From: Octopus bimaculoides
Taxonomy: Eukaryota
Assembly (NCBI RefSeq): GCF_001194135.2
Contig: NC_068992.1
Span: 50,621,442 to 50,659,627, forward strand
DNA: 38,186 nt
Reading direction: 5' to 3'
Every line of letters begins with the position of its first letter. Within the stretch, counting starts at the first letter, position 1. Made by a program: the position numbers and the translations under genes. The notes beneath the pieces were generated by a model, which was not told the DNA's origin, made no database searches, and saw nothing but the letters and a program-made list of their open reading frames with translations. Positions 1-12,745 of the stretch are shown here, piece by piece.

Positions 1-165
1 TATATATGTATGTATATATATATATATATGTATATATATATACACATGACCATATGCACACACAGAGATATACTGTATATTATCTCCGTATGTATGTATT
101 TATGTATGTATGTATGTATGTGTGTGTGTATGTATGCATGTATGTATCTATGTATGTATTTGTAT

Positions 166-202
<37 letters not shown>

Positions 203-260
203 GATATACATATATCTGTATATGAGTGTGTTAGTGTGTGTGTGAGTGTATGTATTCTTA
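1..260. repeat. Compound microsatellite (TA)n/(TATG)n/(TATC)n/(TG)n
   Basis: Directly visible tandem di- and tetranucleotide units. Explains the MYVC/YLSI-type ORFs at 6-245. Confidence 0.95.
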
Positions 261-544
261 TATGTGCTTGTCAGTTTTCATAATAATTATATATGCTCGC
301 ACATACGCAAGCATTTATATGTAATAATGACATACATTTCTGTGATACGTATCAAAGATCAGCTGGAAAATATAAGATGGAATGGATAGACATTTACACG
401 AAATCTTTTGAGATTTATACATTAATAGAACAGAAATTTATATATTAATATAATAAGCATTAAATACGTTGAGGTATATTTGCTTAAGAAAGCATGCTAC
501 ACATATAGATATCGGATTTAATACAAAGCATAAACTCGAGCTAC

Positions 545-732
545 ACACACGCTCTTTCTCTCTCTCTCTCTCTCTGTCCCTCTCTCATAGAACCCACACA
601 CAGACAGAGGCATGCACAGGCATACACAGGCACAGACGCATATACATACACATATACATACATATACATATATACATACACACACACACACACATATACA
701 CACACATACGCACACAGACACAGACACACACC

Positions 733-763
<31 letters not shown>

Positions 764-790
764 GCACAAATAAACACATATACAAATATT
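545..790. repeat. Compound (CT)n/(CA)n/(TACA)n/(TA)n microsatellite
   Basis: Directly visible tandem units. Confidence 0.9.
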
Positions 791-1587
791 CGTACGCGTC
801 GCGGTGACGCAATATGCTGAATCGTTATCCTGTATGTTACTTTTTGTATCTTACACCGCTGGTTGCTTTGAACTGTTTCAGTTTACATTTGATGCTATGA
901 ATGTGCGAGCATCGTGATACTATATACAGAAAAAAATCATTCACAACTATGTTGAAATATGTCAAGTCATAGAGAAATGATAGACTGTAGAAAATACGCC
1001 AAGACATGGATCACGCATTCATTTATTCAACGGATGAGCCAAGAACTCATGCCAAGATCTCATGCAAATTCACATGAGACTCTCATTCTTTCTATGGAAC
1101 ATAAGAAACGTTATTCGACTGGTGTTAACGAAGCATTTGATTCGCTAAATCATACTTTAGTGCGTGGGTGGAGTTTACATTTTAATAGAGCCAGTTGGTA
1201 CATCATAATTCCTGAAAGAATAGCAATAGTACAATGTACAATGATTCAGTAGTTCTGATCTTTTGATCATAATGTCCAAAGACCATAATAGAAACCTCCT
1301 ATATTTCCGAAAGAGAATGATTATATCTCTTGGAAAGTTGAATGTTGTTGGTTGTCTAGTTTATAAGGCTTTTATCAATTTTATAATTGCTAAAAGTATT
1401 ATCATTATTAATGCACGTAACTCGGGTAACTTCTTTTCTTTCTCTAGTTTCCGTTCAGATTAAATTCTTTTATATGATATGTGTCTGTCTGTATGTCTCT
1501 TCCTCTGACTCTGTCTCGCTCTCTTTCATTTTTTCTCTTCTGCCAAACATCGATTCTATTCACATTTGATATGGCATGGACATTTTG

Positions 1588-1786
1588 GAATGGGCTTGAT
1601 TAACGAAAACTGGATGAAGCCCGCCGTCGTATATATATATATAAATGTATGTATGTTTGTGTGTGCGTACGTGTGTGTGTCTTTATCTGTTTGTTTAATC
1701 CCCACCACCGCCTGACGACTGTTGTTGGTGTGTTTAAATCATTGTAAATTAGCAGTTAGACAAAATAATGGAATAAGACTAGGCTT
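1588..1786 (+). mobile_element. SINE family A fragment (body, 5'-truncated)
   Basis: gaaaactggatgaagcccgccgtcgtatata...ccccaccaccgcctgacgactgttgttggtgtgttta...gactaggctt aligns by eye to the fuller copy at 33651-34046. Confidence 0.7.
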
Positions 1787-1876
1787 AAGTATAAACAGAG
1801 GTAGGAGAGAGTTATTAAAAGAGAAATAATAGTGCAATTTTAAAAAATCAGTGTATCTTCAGATTATTGTAGTTAC

Positions 1877-1939
1877 GTACTAAATGATGAATATCTGTTA
1901 GGCGAACAATTTATCAGAAAGAATTTATTACTAAATTCG
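1877..1939 (+). repeat. 63-bp dispersed direct repeat, copy 1 (copy 2 at 3424-3486)
   Basis: gtactaaatgatga..ctgttaggcgaacaatttatcagaaaga.tttatt.ctaaattcg occurs twice, with 5 mismatches in 63 bp by manual count. Confidence 0.9.
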
Positions 1940-2321
1940 CCGAGCCTGTACCTACATATGATGGATATGAATTGGCACTCTCATTGTTGGTACAAATTGT
2001 ACCTATCTAAGCCGAGTTCATATGTTACACTGCGTTTAATTTTGGTAGTAATAGCACTTTTAAATAACGTAACCTTATGACCGAAACTTGTTTACGAATC
2101 GTTGCATAATTTTCAAAACAACTGAAACTAGCCCTATATACTGACACCAATGTATCATCGATCTATGGTATATCTATAGGCCTTATTGTGATATATCTCA
2201 TTTGCTACCTAAACTTTACTTAAGTCTCGGTTATACTTTAAATGTTGCAAAACATCAGATTATTTTCTATTCAAAAATCGATGGTGTGTGATATCAATAC
2301 TAAAATTTCTTCTATTTGCAG

Positions 2322-2429
2322 AATTTTGTGTCATATATTTCAAAGATACAGATAGCTTCAGGGATTATTCTGCATATAGTATTCATGAGGATGACAGAGA
2401 ACTGTACATCAACAAAACTATGACTAGCG
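2322..2429 (+). CDS. Candidate internal exon, phase 1/1 (FCVIYFKDTDSFRDYSAYSIHEDDRELYINKTMTS), product unknown
   Basis: Acceptor tttcttctatttgcag, 108-nt open frame, weak donor GCG|gtgaca. No recognised homology. Confidence 0.2.
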
Positions 2430-2675
2430 GTGACATTGCACGGTTATTTTTAATGCAGAAGTTGCTGCTGATTTTAATATATTTCCAGATTAATTGATTC
2501 AAGAATGTTGGTATTGCTGTCATTAGAAAAGTAATGTTGGATAAAGTCGTAGCTAAAAAGAATGAGACAAGATTGAAAATAATTTGAAAAAGACGAGAGT
2601 GCAAATTCATAATCATCACATTACAACAAAGCCTTTTATGATTTGTATAGTTCAAATATTTATACAATATATATA

Positions 2676-2777
2676 NNNNNNNNNNNNNNNNNNNNNNNNN
2701 NNNNNNNNNNNNNNNNNNNNNNNNNNNNNNNNNNNNNNNNNNNNNNNNNNNNNNNNNNNNNNNNNNNNNNNNNNNNN
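2676..2777. other. Assembly gap (102 N) inside a (TA)n run
   Basis: N run with tatata on both sides. Confidence 0.99.
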
Positions 2778-2960
2778 TATATATAGGGAGAATTCATAAA
2801 AAGACAAAAGACGAAGACAGGTGGTGTAGATAACAAACAGATGTATTTGCATAACGCTTGGGAAGTGAAAAAGTCTTTAACATTTCGAGCATACGCTCTT
2901 CCACAGGAAGGAACACAGAAAGAAGCAAGGAGAGAAAACAAAAATGTGTTGTCGCTAGCG

Positions 2961-3061
<101 letters not shown>

Positions 3062-3423
3062 ACGGTTTAGATTACAATAATCTATAAGAATATATATATT
3101 GGAAGCTGGTGCTGAGAAAAAAAAGCGTTTATTAAAATCGAAATAACACTTAGCTCTGTCAATGTGCGCTCTTACAAAAAGTACATAAAAGGGAATATAA
3201 GACAATGTCAAGAAGCAGATCATATCAAATAGAACGCTAAACGAAACCAGAAACTCTTTCCAATTTATTGGTTGCGAAAATTAATACGGTGTTATAAAAT
3301 ATAAGCTACGTTTAGAAGTTTCAATAGATTCTCATAAATTGGAGTTATATTATTAACAAGACCGCTTCTCATTGCTGCAAAAGCGTAGCTGTAAATTCTC
3401 TACTTATAGCTTAATCTATACAA

Positions 3424-3486
3424 GTACTAAATGATGATTGACTGTTAGGCGAACAATTTATCAGAAAGAGTTTATTGCTAAATTCG
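3424..3486 (+). repeat. 63-bp dispersed direct repeat, copy 2
   Basis: Near-identical to 1877-1939. Confidence 0.9.
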
Positions 3487-5606
3487 GGCCAAAATGTTCA
3501 ATCGAAACACGTTTTGGCTAATTGCCATTCGATCAAATATTATTCCCTTTTAAAATCTGTAAAATTAGCAATTTATTCAGTATCATGTCTTGGCATTTTT
3601 GAGTGTCCAAATATTATTTATATTTGTGTTGTTTCCAGCAAAATGAACATTGAAATCATTCTTTTAAACATTGTGTTTCCAATACTAAGGACAAAAACTA
3701 TTTAAAAAAAAAAAAAAGAACGCACTCATTATCAAACGGAATACATTTATTAATGCGCTGCTTTCAGAAGAGAATTAATGTTCATTTTAATACGATTTTG
3801 GTATACAAACCTCCGTAATATTTAGAGATAGCACTAATTGGGTTTTACAGCATCTACTTTATGGCTAAACTCTTCTAGGAAATATATTTCTATGTTCCGG
3901 AATAATCTAATTACAACCAGTTTTGTTTTATTGTCACATGAGAGTTTAACTATCATGGACTGAAAAATTATTTTTACCAAGTAATCTATGGACAATGAAT
4001 GAAAACACAATATTGCGGAACGCTATACAATCTCTACGGAAGGATTTGCGATCAAATTGTACTAAAAATTATATATATGAAAACTCTAATGTCACTAAAT
4101 AGAGAACGCGAGATGGAGTTTCGTGCAGTGTTGTATAGTTGTTTAAATATAGCACATCTATGGTGGTGTAGATCAGTGATTTTTCCTGGGACAAACTGAT
4201 TTTAATAATGTAAGCGGGAATTAAAATATTTTGGATGGAATTTCAGATTATAGCCACCTGTATTGTTTAAACTATAGTTTGTAAGATACAGTATTTCTTT
4301 AATTGAGAGCATGACCTTATTATTACCTGGAAATACATATCTTTCATCTCAACAACGAGTCCTCAAATATTCAATAATTGCTCAATATTTATACTAATTG
4401 AAGTCAATGGAAATTTGAAAGAATTCACTTCTTTTTTAAGCAGGAAGTTTGGTCGAAAAAAAGAAAATATCTCTCGTGTGTATACTGCCCTTAATTATAA
4501 ATACCAATGCCATTGCACAATATTATTCACGATATTATATTGAATTTGTTTCAAAAGATTATTTGGTTTCCGATGAATATAACTTGAATATTTTTAGAAC
4601 TTCATAGTTTTCCTAAAGCTTAACATTTTTTATCGAATTATATGGTTTCGTTTTGAACGTTCTTGATTCATTGTTGTAATGAAGTTTCTCCTTTGTTTGA
4701 GTTTCGATGTGAAGTTTGTCCCGTCCTCCCACCAAAATATATACATGCATAAGTCGGTTAGTTGTTTTTATAGGAAATGTACAACGAATATACGCCGTTT
4801 AATGAAAAGGCCATTTCTAATTTGATTCCAAATTTTTAGAAAAAATCCATTTGTTGTTGTACTCTAAAATGTTATCTAACAGCAATAATATAGATTTGTG
4901 TTATTGTAACTGCATAATTCCCTATAACTGGGTGTTTAATATATCCTTTAAAATTCTTTGTTCCACACTGCTAAAGTTTGTCGTGACAAATCTAATGCTT
5001 CCGAACACTGAAAACTAAATTTATTTAACATTTTTTCAAGGAAAGTTAAAAGAAAAATGCCAAGAATTTATATAAACACTAAAACATTGAAAGTTATTCA
5101 GTTTGTTGAGTCTGAAGGTGAATGGCTGATTATACGTCACGCTAAACATTATTTATACGGACATTTTTATTTAAAACCGTGCTTGCAATTTTGCTTAAAT
5201 GAGAGTGTGGTAATTTTATTTCACTTTGAAAAGTCCTGATTGAGCAATCGGAAATGTTTGGCTTTTACAGACTTTATGTGACCATTTTCTTTGCAGCTAA
5301 GCAAAGTTAAGTCAAGGTAGCCATGTTGTGACGATAGTAATATAGATTATTTCCCTAGACCTATATTATTGTTACACATTTATTCCTATATCCGTTATAG
5401 GGTGTGTTTATTTTTATGTTTGTGTCTTTTATTTCTATGTACAAAATATATTTCTAGCGTTATTTCTATTACTCCATTGCTAAAAGTGTTCTTTATGTGC
5501 TACTGTAGCAATGAACAGCAGTTATATTGTTAGACAATATAATTCATGTTTTACTTGGAATTAACAAAAGAGTGCTTGTGATAAACTTACTCATACAAAA
5601 CATACA

Positions 5607-5692
5607 TAGATATATAGATACATACATACACACACATACATACATACATACATATATATACATACATACATACATACCTACATACATGCACA

Positions 5693-5731
<39 letters not shown>
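5607..5731. repeat. (TACA)n-(TA)n microsatellite
   Basis: Directly visible. Confidence 0.95.
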
Positions 5732-5735
<4 letters not shown>

Positions 5736-6454
5736 ATGCATATATATTTCAAGTTAAATAACTGCGTAGACAGGAATTTGTGATATATGATATATGTTAG
5801 TATGTAAACTATTTTTACAATTTCTCGATAGTATTGTATAGTGTTATCAAATATCGTGAGATGCATTGGAATATTGTGAAGCATATTTACATGTATGGTT
5901 CTACATTTCTGTAAGTGTCGCCGAATAAATTGCAAAGCAGAAATAATGAATGGGAAAGCTGAAAATCCTACATTAATTATACTTTAGAAATCTTCAAGCA
6001 TTTCAAACAAAATATTTGATAAATCTTCGGAAACTTTACCGAAAATCTAATACATATGTCTGAATCGAACATGTGAACCATTCTAGCGAAAAACCTGTGT
6101 CGTAGTATTCTGATTTTCAAAGTATTCTTTCTCATTAAAATAAAACTCTTGAGATTAAGATTTCCTTCAAATCTCGTTAATTCTCGCTTTATCTATTTAA
6201 TCCAGTGTGTCATTTTTGCTATACTGTTACTTAACCAATGTCCACATATTTACTGGTTACTTTCTCGATGTAGTTTTCACTATTTCAAATTTGGTCTTTG
6301 AGAGACAATCTTTTATTACCACGTATCTCCAGTATTGTATGTCACACGAATCTCTCTCTTAACACAACAGTTTCTTTTATTCTTAATTCTTCTCTCTCCT
6401 TTAGTCTTTCTAAACAACTTCTCATCCTTCCTTTCTTATTATTTAATGCTAGTC

Positions 6455-6630
6455 ATATCAGTGAGTTTCCAGAATAGTTAGAATGTCGGGGAACGCAAGA
6501 TATTTATGTTCTGAGTTCAATTAAAGTCGAGGCAACTTTGCATTTCATTCTTGCCTGAGTCAATAAAATAAAATACCAGACATAAATTGGGGCCGATTTA
6601 ATCGACTAAATACTCCCTCCATATTGCTGG
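6455..6630 (+). mobile_element. SINE family B, decayed copy
   Basis: atgttctgagttcaatt..gtcgaggcaactttgcatttcattc...taaaataaaataccag...ggggccgatttaatcgac matches the core of the 12880-13097 copy. Confidence 0.65.
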
Positions 6631-6639
6631 CAAAGCTTC

Positions 6640-7154
6640 ATTAGTCTTTTTATCTTGTCTTTCATTCTTTAAACTGATACCTTCATCTTATATTCTCACT
6701 TCCTTATCTTTTAATTTATAATTTAAAAGCAAAAATGCAACTCCTTTTATTTCCTTATCTTTCTTTACATGCCCTATTCTGTTACTCTTTCTCATATTTT
6801 TACTTTTAATATTTTCATTTCCTTTCATCTATATCTTCGCTTTTTGTACTTCGTCTCTTCCACTTCATTCATCTTCTCTTATGTTTGTCCTTTGTTCTCT
6901 CTTCATTTCCTTCTACCGTTTTTCTTCAAATTTATTTTTGCTCTCTTCATTTCCATGTTGTTGTTCTTTTCTAGAAGGCTGTCTTCGTCTTCTTTGTCTT
7001 TGCATTTTTTTCTCCTCTTGATCGATCAACCTGAGATGTCTGAGAATAAAAGTTTTGTTGACGGAATCTAGACAAAACACCTGAGTATCGCTTACAGTGC
7101 TGGTCATATAAAATTCCCATCTTTGATTTCCAATTTTACTCTCACTTCTCCTAA

Positions 7155-7202
<48 letters not shown>

Positions 7203-7479
7203 CCTTACCTACCCCTCTAACATTCATTTTTATTTTCCTCTTTCTGCAAGCTGTGTCCATGACTCTCTCCTCTCCGCCTTTTCCTTTCTTCTTCTTCTTC
7301 TTCTTCTTCTTCTTCTTCTTCTTCTTCTTCTTCTTCTTCTTCTTCTTCTTCTTCTTCTTCTTCTTCTTCTTCTTCTTCTTCTTCTTCTCCTTTCTTTTGA
7401 CATCCTTCACTCTTCACCCTCCTCTAGTTTTCTTCTTCATGAATTCTCCTCACACTATCATGCACATTTTCTTTTTTAG

Positions 7480-7556
<77 letters not shown>
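6640..7556. repeat. Pyrimidine-rich low-complexity block with (TATC)n (~7158-7201), (TTC)n (~7286-7389) and (ATT)n (~7480-7556)
   Basis: Directly visible. Source of the poly-K/E/F/L ORFs. Confidence 0.9.
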
Positions 7557-8137
7557 CATCGTCATTATTATTTTATAAATTACACTTGCGCCTCTTCTCA
7601 ATAATCTTTTCACTTCACAGTTTTGTTTCAAACTTATTTTCAGTTTAAATTACAACTTTTCTGAAAATTTCACTAGTTACCACTCCTTTCAATTATATCC
7701 CTATAATTGCATTATCAAACATTTTCAGCTTAATTTAATTTCATTATTTGTAAATCATCATATGCTCCATTTAACGCAGTTGCATTGTTTAATTTCACGT
7801 TAAGCCATCCGTGGTCTAGTTCACGTCTGTTGACGCTCCATCTTGAATTTTGTAATTCACAGAAAAGTCGAGTCCGTGTAATGGTGGGAATAGGTTCAAA
7901 CGCATGAAAAGCTTGAAAGTAGCTAGCAGGAGAGTCTGCATTGATGACATTGATGCATTAATTTCAAGATCATGAGATAGAGATAGTGGGTTCCGTTCTT
8001 AGATACTCTTCTCTGAAAATCAGTAACAACCAAGTGCTGATCGTTCTGTCTTCATCTATTACATATTGGAGGTTCCAGTGGTTCAAAGTTTAAAGGGCTG
8101 AGACGTTGTCTCTTGCTAGTTACAGTTACATTTCTGA

Positions 8138-8276
8138 GGATTGGAACTCAGGACTTGAATAGCTGGATTAAATGTTGCATGCAATGCATTTTGTCCCAGG
8201 CACGAGTGATTCTTCTCGTCTACCACAACATCAATTCTATTATATTTATTAACTTTATATATGGACTAAACTATAT
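8138..8276 (-). repeat. Decayed SINE-B-like 5' head plus flank, duplicated at 8606-8742
   Basis: Both copies share ggatt.gaa.t...a.tt.aatagctggattaaa...gcatttt/gtatttt...tatatggactaaactatat. Confidence 0.6.
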
Positions 8277-8281
8277 CGATA

Positions 8282-8283
<2 letters not shown>

Positions 8284-8349
<66 letters not shown>
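8284..8349. repeat. (TA)n microsatellite
   Basis: Directly visible. Confidence 0.98.
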
Positions 8350-8351
<2 letters not shown>

Positions 8352-10559
8352 CTTCTGAACGTCTATTTCATTGGTGTTTTGAAAGCAAGACTTGGAAGGC
8401 CGTCACTTAATGTTCGTGAAAGATACATTTCCAGAATGGGAGTAACTAGGGGACAAAGAGTTTCCCCGACCTAACGAAGAATCCACTCCATAGAAAGATG
8501 GAAATAATATCGGAAAGCATCTTCGACTACTTTTGTGACAATTTCACCAATCAGCATCCTTGGACTGACCATTCTGTCCTAATATGGTGCTAGCTAGAGT
8601 TGTTGGGATTTGAATTAAAATCTTAAATAGCTGGATTAAAATGCTGAAATCAATGTATTTTACACCACGCAGGATCGAATCTTCCCATCAATCATTTCAA
8701 CCATATTGCATTTAATAATTTTACATATAGACTAAACTATATTGAACGTACCTTTCTTTTGGAATTAAATTATACTATAGTTAACAGTATAATTAACTGT
8801 AGTTAATTTTTACTTAAATATATTGTACGTAATAACTGTATGTTGTGATTAAACATTTCAAATAATTTAGAACAAGTGAATATATCAATCATTATCGAAC
8901 TAATGTATTCGTAGCACAGCACAATTTATAGACCTTAGTAGAAGACATGCAAATCTCCTCAATTTTGAGTCTGATCGAAAGGAATGACATGATAAAACAT
9001 TTAGTCAGATATTATACGTCTTCTCGTTCCCAGCAACATTTTTGTTACATAATCGTAAAGATAGACTTCTATTGCTCAATCTGGTATATAGTGTTTGCAT
9101 ATATCCAGCATAATATCACCTAATATCTGCATCTTTACCACGCTTTCTTTACTGCTTGGTATAATATTGCATTACGTAAAATAATCATATGATATATATT
9201 AACCCCCATTTCACGAGATTTAATGAGATTAAGTTTAAGATCTAGAGGATTTGTTACTAATTTAACACTTGAGATCTCTTCCAAAGATTCTGAGTTCAGA
9301 TAATCTTCTTTGCTAATTCCTCTTAATAATATTTCGTACAGAAGTCACGTCTAGTGCTATATGACATGGAAATACTCTAACTGAAATGGATGTCTTCAAT
9401 CCACTTCCTTTTTAATTAATCAAGAAATCTTGAATTAAAGTCAACCAACATTGATTACTCTTATCTATAAAGAATCAATAGCTATACATTCTATCATATA
9501 AAACAGTGTGCATTAGCGAGTGGGTGAATTTACAGAAATATAAGTACACATGTGCTTTGTTTACAACAGAAATCCATGAAATCTATGCGATTTTGTGATA
9601 AACTTAGTTCATTACCTGGTATTCAAGAATTCAGAATGTTCTTTTCGATTAGAAATAAGAAAAACTCTCGAGTGCCATGATTCTACCAATACAAATGTAT
9701 TTTGTTTTTGTTTGTGATATATGTATTGCAAAGCGAAGACAACGGTTCAGTGCCACAAGTACGTAACAATGTTTAGTTTCATGGCTTTGTCAGGAATCGA
9801 ACTTTATTATTGACTTAATTATATAAAAACTTGTTAAACGTCTTCCACGTTCACATCCTGAAGAGGTGTCTGACATCGTTATAAATAACGACGTGTTTGT
9901 TATTCAGTGACTACGACATCACTAAAAATCATGATGAGACGAGGTATAACAAGTTTTGATTATTTGGTATCCTTAGATATTTGAAATTAAAGGAAGCTCT
10001 TGGGTAAAACAGTATATAGTAAATTCACTGACAAATGTAAATAATTTCCTATCAGGAAAGAAAATAGCGATATTTGAAGAGGGATACTAGGACTATCTGT
10101 ATGTAAATTTCACACAAGGGCGAGCACATAAAACCCAAACACACGTACATACGTGCTCATTCTTTGCCATTCACACGAGTATGCATACACATTAACATTA
10201 AATTAATGCAAGGCTAACAATACGAACGTGATTGTATTAAACATAAGATCTAGTTTTACTACAACGCAACAAGATGGTATGAGACATATGCGACTGTGTA
10301 AAACTATTATAGAATATCTAGTGTAAGACTAGGAAAATATCGGGTGAAGAACGATAGACACTAATACAGGAAGCTATAAAACATGAAGAAGACAATAATG
10401 TCTTCTGTTTTAAAGGAAACCACCAGATATTAGAGAGAGACTAAATTGAACGGGAGTAGTGCGAAACAAGGATAACGAACGTATTTATTCTTAAGAAAGA
10501 AAACGGCTGTAAGTTAAGCTAGGATAATGCAATACCGAAGAGAAAAACTATAGAGCAGA

Positions 10560-10850
10560 GGGAAATATAATGTAACATTATTGTATTTCTGTAATATTAC
10601 AGTGTTGTATAATAATATAGCATTATAGTGTATTAGTTTAGCGGGTAAATTAAACTATATGTAATAGTATAGTAATTGTGTAGTCTAATAGTATTGTATT
10701 ATACTATACAGTAGTAGTTTAGTATAATAGTATAGATTAAAACGGTAGTAATAGAGTGTTTTAATAGGTTAGTATAATAGTGTAGCATAATCGCTTACTG
10801 TAATAGTATAACAAAATAGAATAGTCGTGCGGTTTTTGTATAATAGTTGC
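10560..10850. repeat. Degenerate (TAGTA/ATAGT)n pentamer-like low-complexity tract
   Basis: Recurrent tagta/atagt/tagtgt words over ~290 bp. Confidence 0.7.
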
Positions 10851-11096
10851 AGTGGTTTGATAATTTTCGTTCTTGAAGTAAATGCTACTTTATGCCTCAA
10901 GCAAGAAATCATTCAAACATTCCAATATTTTTGTTAAAAAAGAAAGGAAAAGAAAACAGTTTGCAGTCTTTCTTTTTCGTAGGTGTTTACATCTGTCTGG
11001 CACTGTCTATTGCAAAGATAAGAACATTGCTAGACAGTTATTTCTGTTCACTGTTCAATATATATATATACACACAAACATACATACATACATACA

Positions 11097-11129
<33 letters not shown>

Positions 11130-11283
11130 GTGTGTGTGTTCCATCTCGCTTTACCTGCTAGCAGAGCAGATAAAATGCTATTTTAGTAGTGTACTCATCA
11201 AGTGGTAACTGATGAGAAGTTTCTATAACTGAGATCAAATAAAGTCTCCGCATTAATGAAATTATCTTAGTACTCATTTAGTT

Positions 11284-11477
11284 AATATTGGTTTCAAATT
11301 CTGGTACAAAGCAAGCAATTCCAGGGTAAGTCTTTAACTGGTACTTTTTATATAGATCCCGAAAGGATGAAAGTCAAAGTCGACTTCAACGTAGTTTGAG
11401 CTTAGGACGTAAAGACGGAGGAAATAACCCCAACCATTGTGCCCGGCGTGCAAACGATTCTGGCTGTTCGCCGCCTT
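11284..11477 (-). mobile_element. SINE family B copy (antisense)
   Basis: Reverse complement reads aaggcggcgaacagccagaatcgtttgcacgccgggc...tttacgtcctaagctcaaact..gtcgactttgactttcatcctttcgggatc...aagtaccagtt...tttgtaccagaatttgaaacc. Confidence 0.85.
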
Positions 11478-11487
11478 GTAATCATGT

Positions 11488-11675
11488 AATGCTTAGCAGT
11501 ATTTTGTCCCTTTACGTTTTGAGTTAAAATTCCACCGTTCCGCCAGGGTTGTCTTTGCCATTCATCTCTTTCGATGTCGATAAAATAAGTACCAGTTGAG
11601 TACGGTGGTCGATGTAACTGAATTGCCCCTCCCACCGAAATGTCTGGCTTTGTACCAAAATTTGAAACCTATATT
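11488..11675 (+). mobile_element. SINE family B copy (sense, head-truncated), inverted relative to 11284-11477
   Basis: aatgcttagcagtatttt..tttacgttttgagttaaaattcc..gtcgataaaataagtaccagttgagtac..tttgtaccaaaatttgaaacc. Confidence 0.85.
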
Positions 11676-12745
11676 AAATATTTATCATTCTATTCTTCTT
11701 GTTTCTAAGTTTAAGAGATATCGCTGCTAGCCTCCACTGCGAAATTCCTATCCGATAACACCCTACTATCTTTGAAAAAGAGAAGGTCTCATTGAATAAT
11801 GTAAACTTAGGTACTCTTTCCAAAACGATAGTATATAGTCGCAACGGCATTGTTTTGGTTTCTCGGAGTTGACATGGAACTAAACACTAACCTCTCATAC
11901 AATACATAAACTCATATTCTTTCGCTAAAAAGCTTAAAAAATGTAAATAAATGCCATCATATTCAACGTCATGCTTAGCTACTTTAAAGCCGCTCTGTGG
12001 GTCAATAAAATCAATTAGCGTGTATTGAGTATTTCATCTCCTCGCTTAATCAGAGAAATATGTCAAGCATTATTGATATTCACAGCAATGAAGAGTGTTT
12101 TATAATAGTTTGATAAGAAATGTAAATTAACGACCGGGAACAAATTCAAAAGGGAATTATTTCTAGATAAGTTTTAATTAACTTGCCAATCAATAATTGC
12201 TGGTTTAATTAATTTTTCTAGTTGCATCAATGTTCATGTGCAACATAATCTGATTACAGCTTGTAGAGGTTAGTCAATGGAAGCGGATTCGTATTCTATA
12301 GCAACTGATTTGTCTCCAAACCAAACTAAATTTTACTCATAAACTGCCGACAGAAAATCAATGTAAAGCATTCTTGTTGTTGGTGGTCTATTACATCGTT
12401 AAAGGTGCTGTGAAGAAATTCCACGCTAGGCAGTTATATTAAGGTCAGAATCTCTTGGCCACAATACTCTAGAGTAATTCTTTTCATTCCTAGTCCCAAA
12501 TCTATAATCGAATTCGAACGGACCAGTCCAACCGATCGAAGCATCATTGATTGCTTATTCACTGTTCGCACTGATTCCAGTGTTGTGTTGAATTTGCTAA
12601 AGTAATTATCTACACCAATGTTCTCCATATTGTAAATGTTTAGTTTCTTAAACTTCTTCAGAACGCAGGCTCATATCAAACACGGGTTAAACATTCCATA
12701 TTCTATCTTTGAGAATCTCATACTAAAGACTTCCTTTTCAATTAG

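Noticed and set aside
6-812. Multiple 70-112 aa ORFs (MYVCMYV, HTHT, YIYI)
   Set aside because: Translations of di- and tetranucleotide microsatellites that lack stop codons. The same applies to similar ORFs throughout the window.
796-820. gcgtc-gcggt-gacgc hairpin resembling a Helitron 3' end
   Set aside because: No CTRR terminus follows, so the evidence is too thin.
959-1252. ORF containing EAFDSLNH, reminiscent of the LINE RT motif KAFDSV.H
   Set aside because: Only one short motif; the flanking RT motifs are not recognisable.
2383-2667. Minus-strand hydrophobic ORF with a good acceptor, superficially GPCR/TM-like
   Set aside because: No diagnostic motifs such as DRY or NPxxY. Hydrophobicity is expected from AT-rich antisense sequence, and it overlaps a competing + strand candidate.
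7123-7648. Poly-L/F/K/E ORFs that look like low-complexity proteins
   Set aside because: Entirely explained by the (TTC)n and (ATT)n tracts.
9858-9881. Hammerhead-like core CTGAAGA followed by a small stem
   Set aside because: The required GAAA after stem II is GTTA, and no stems I/III are evident. Other CTGANGA sites checked also lacked stem II plus GAAA.
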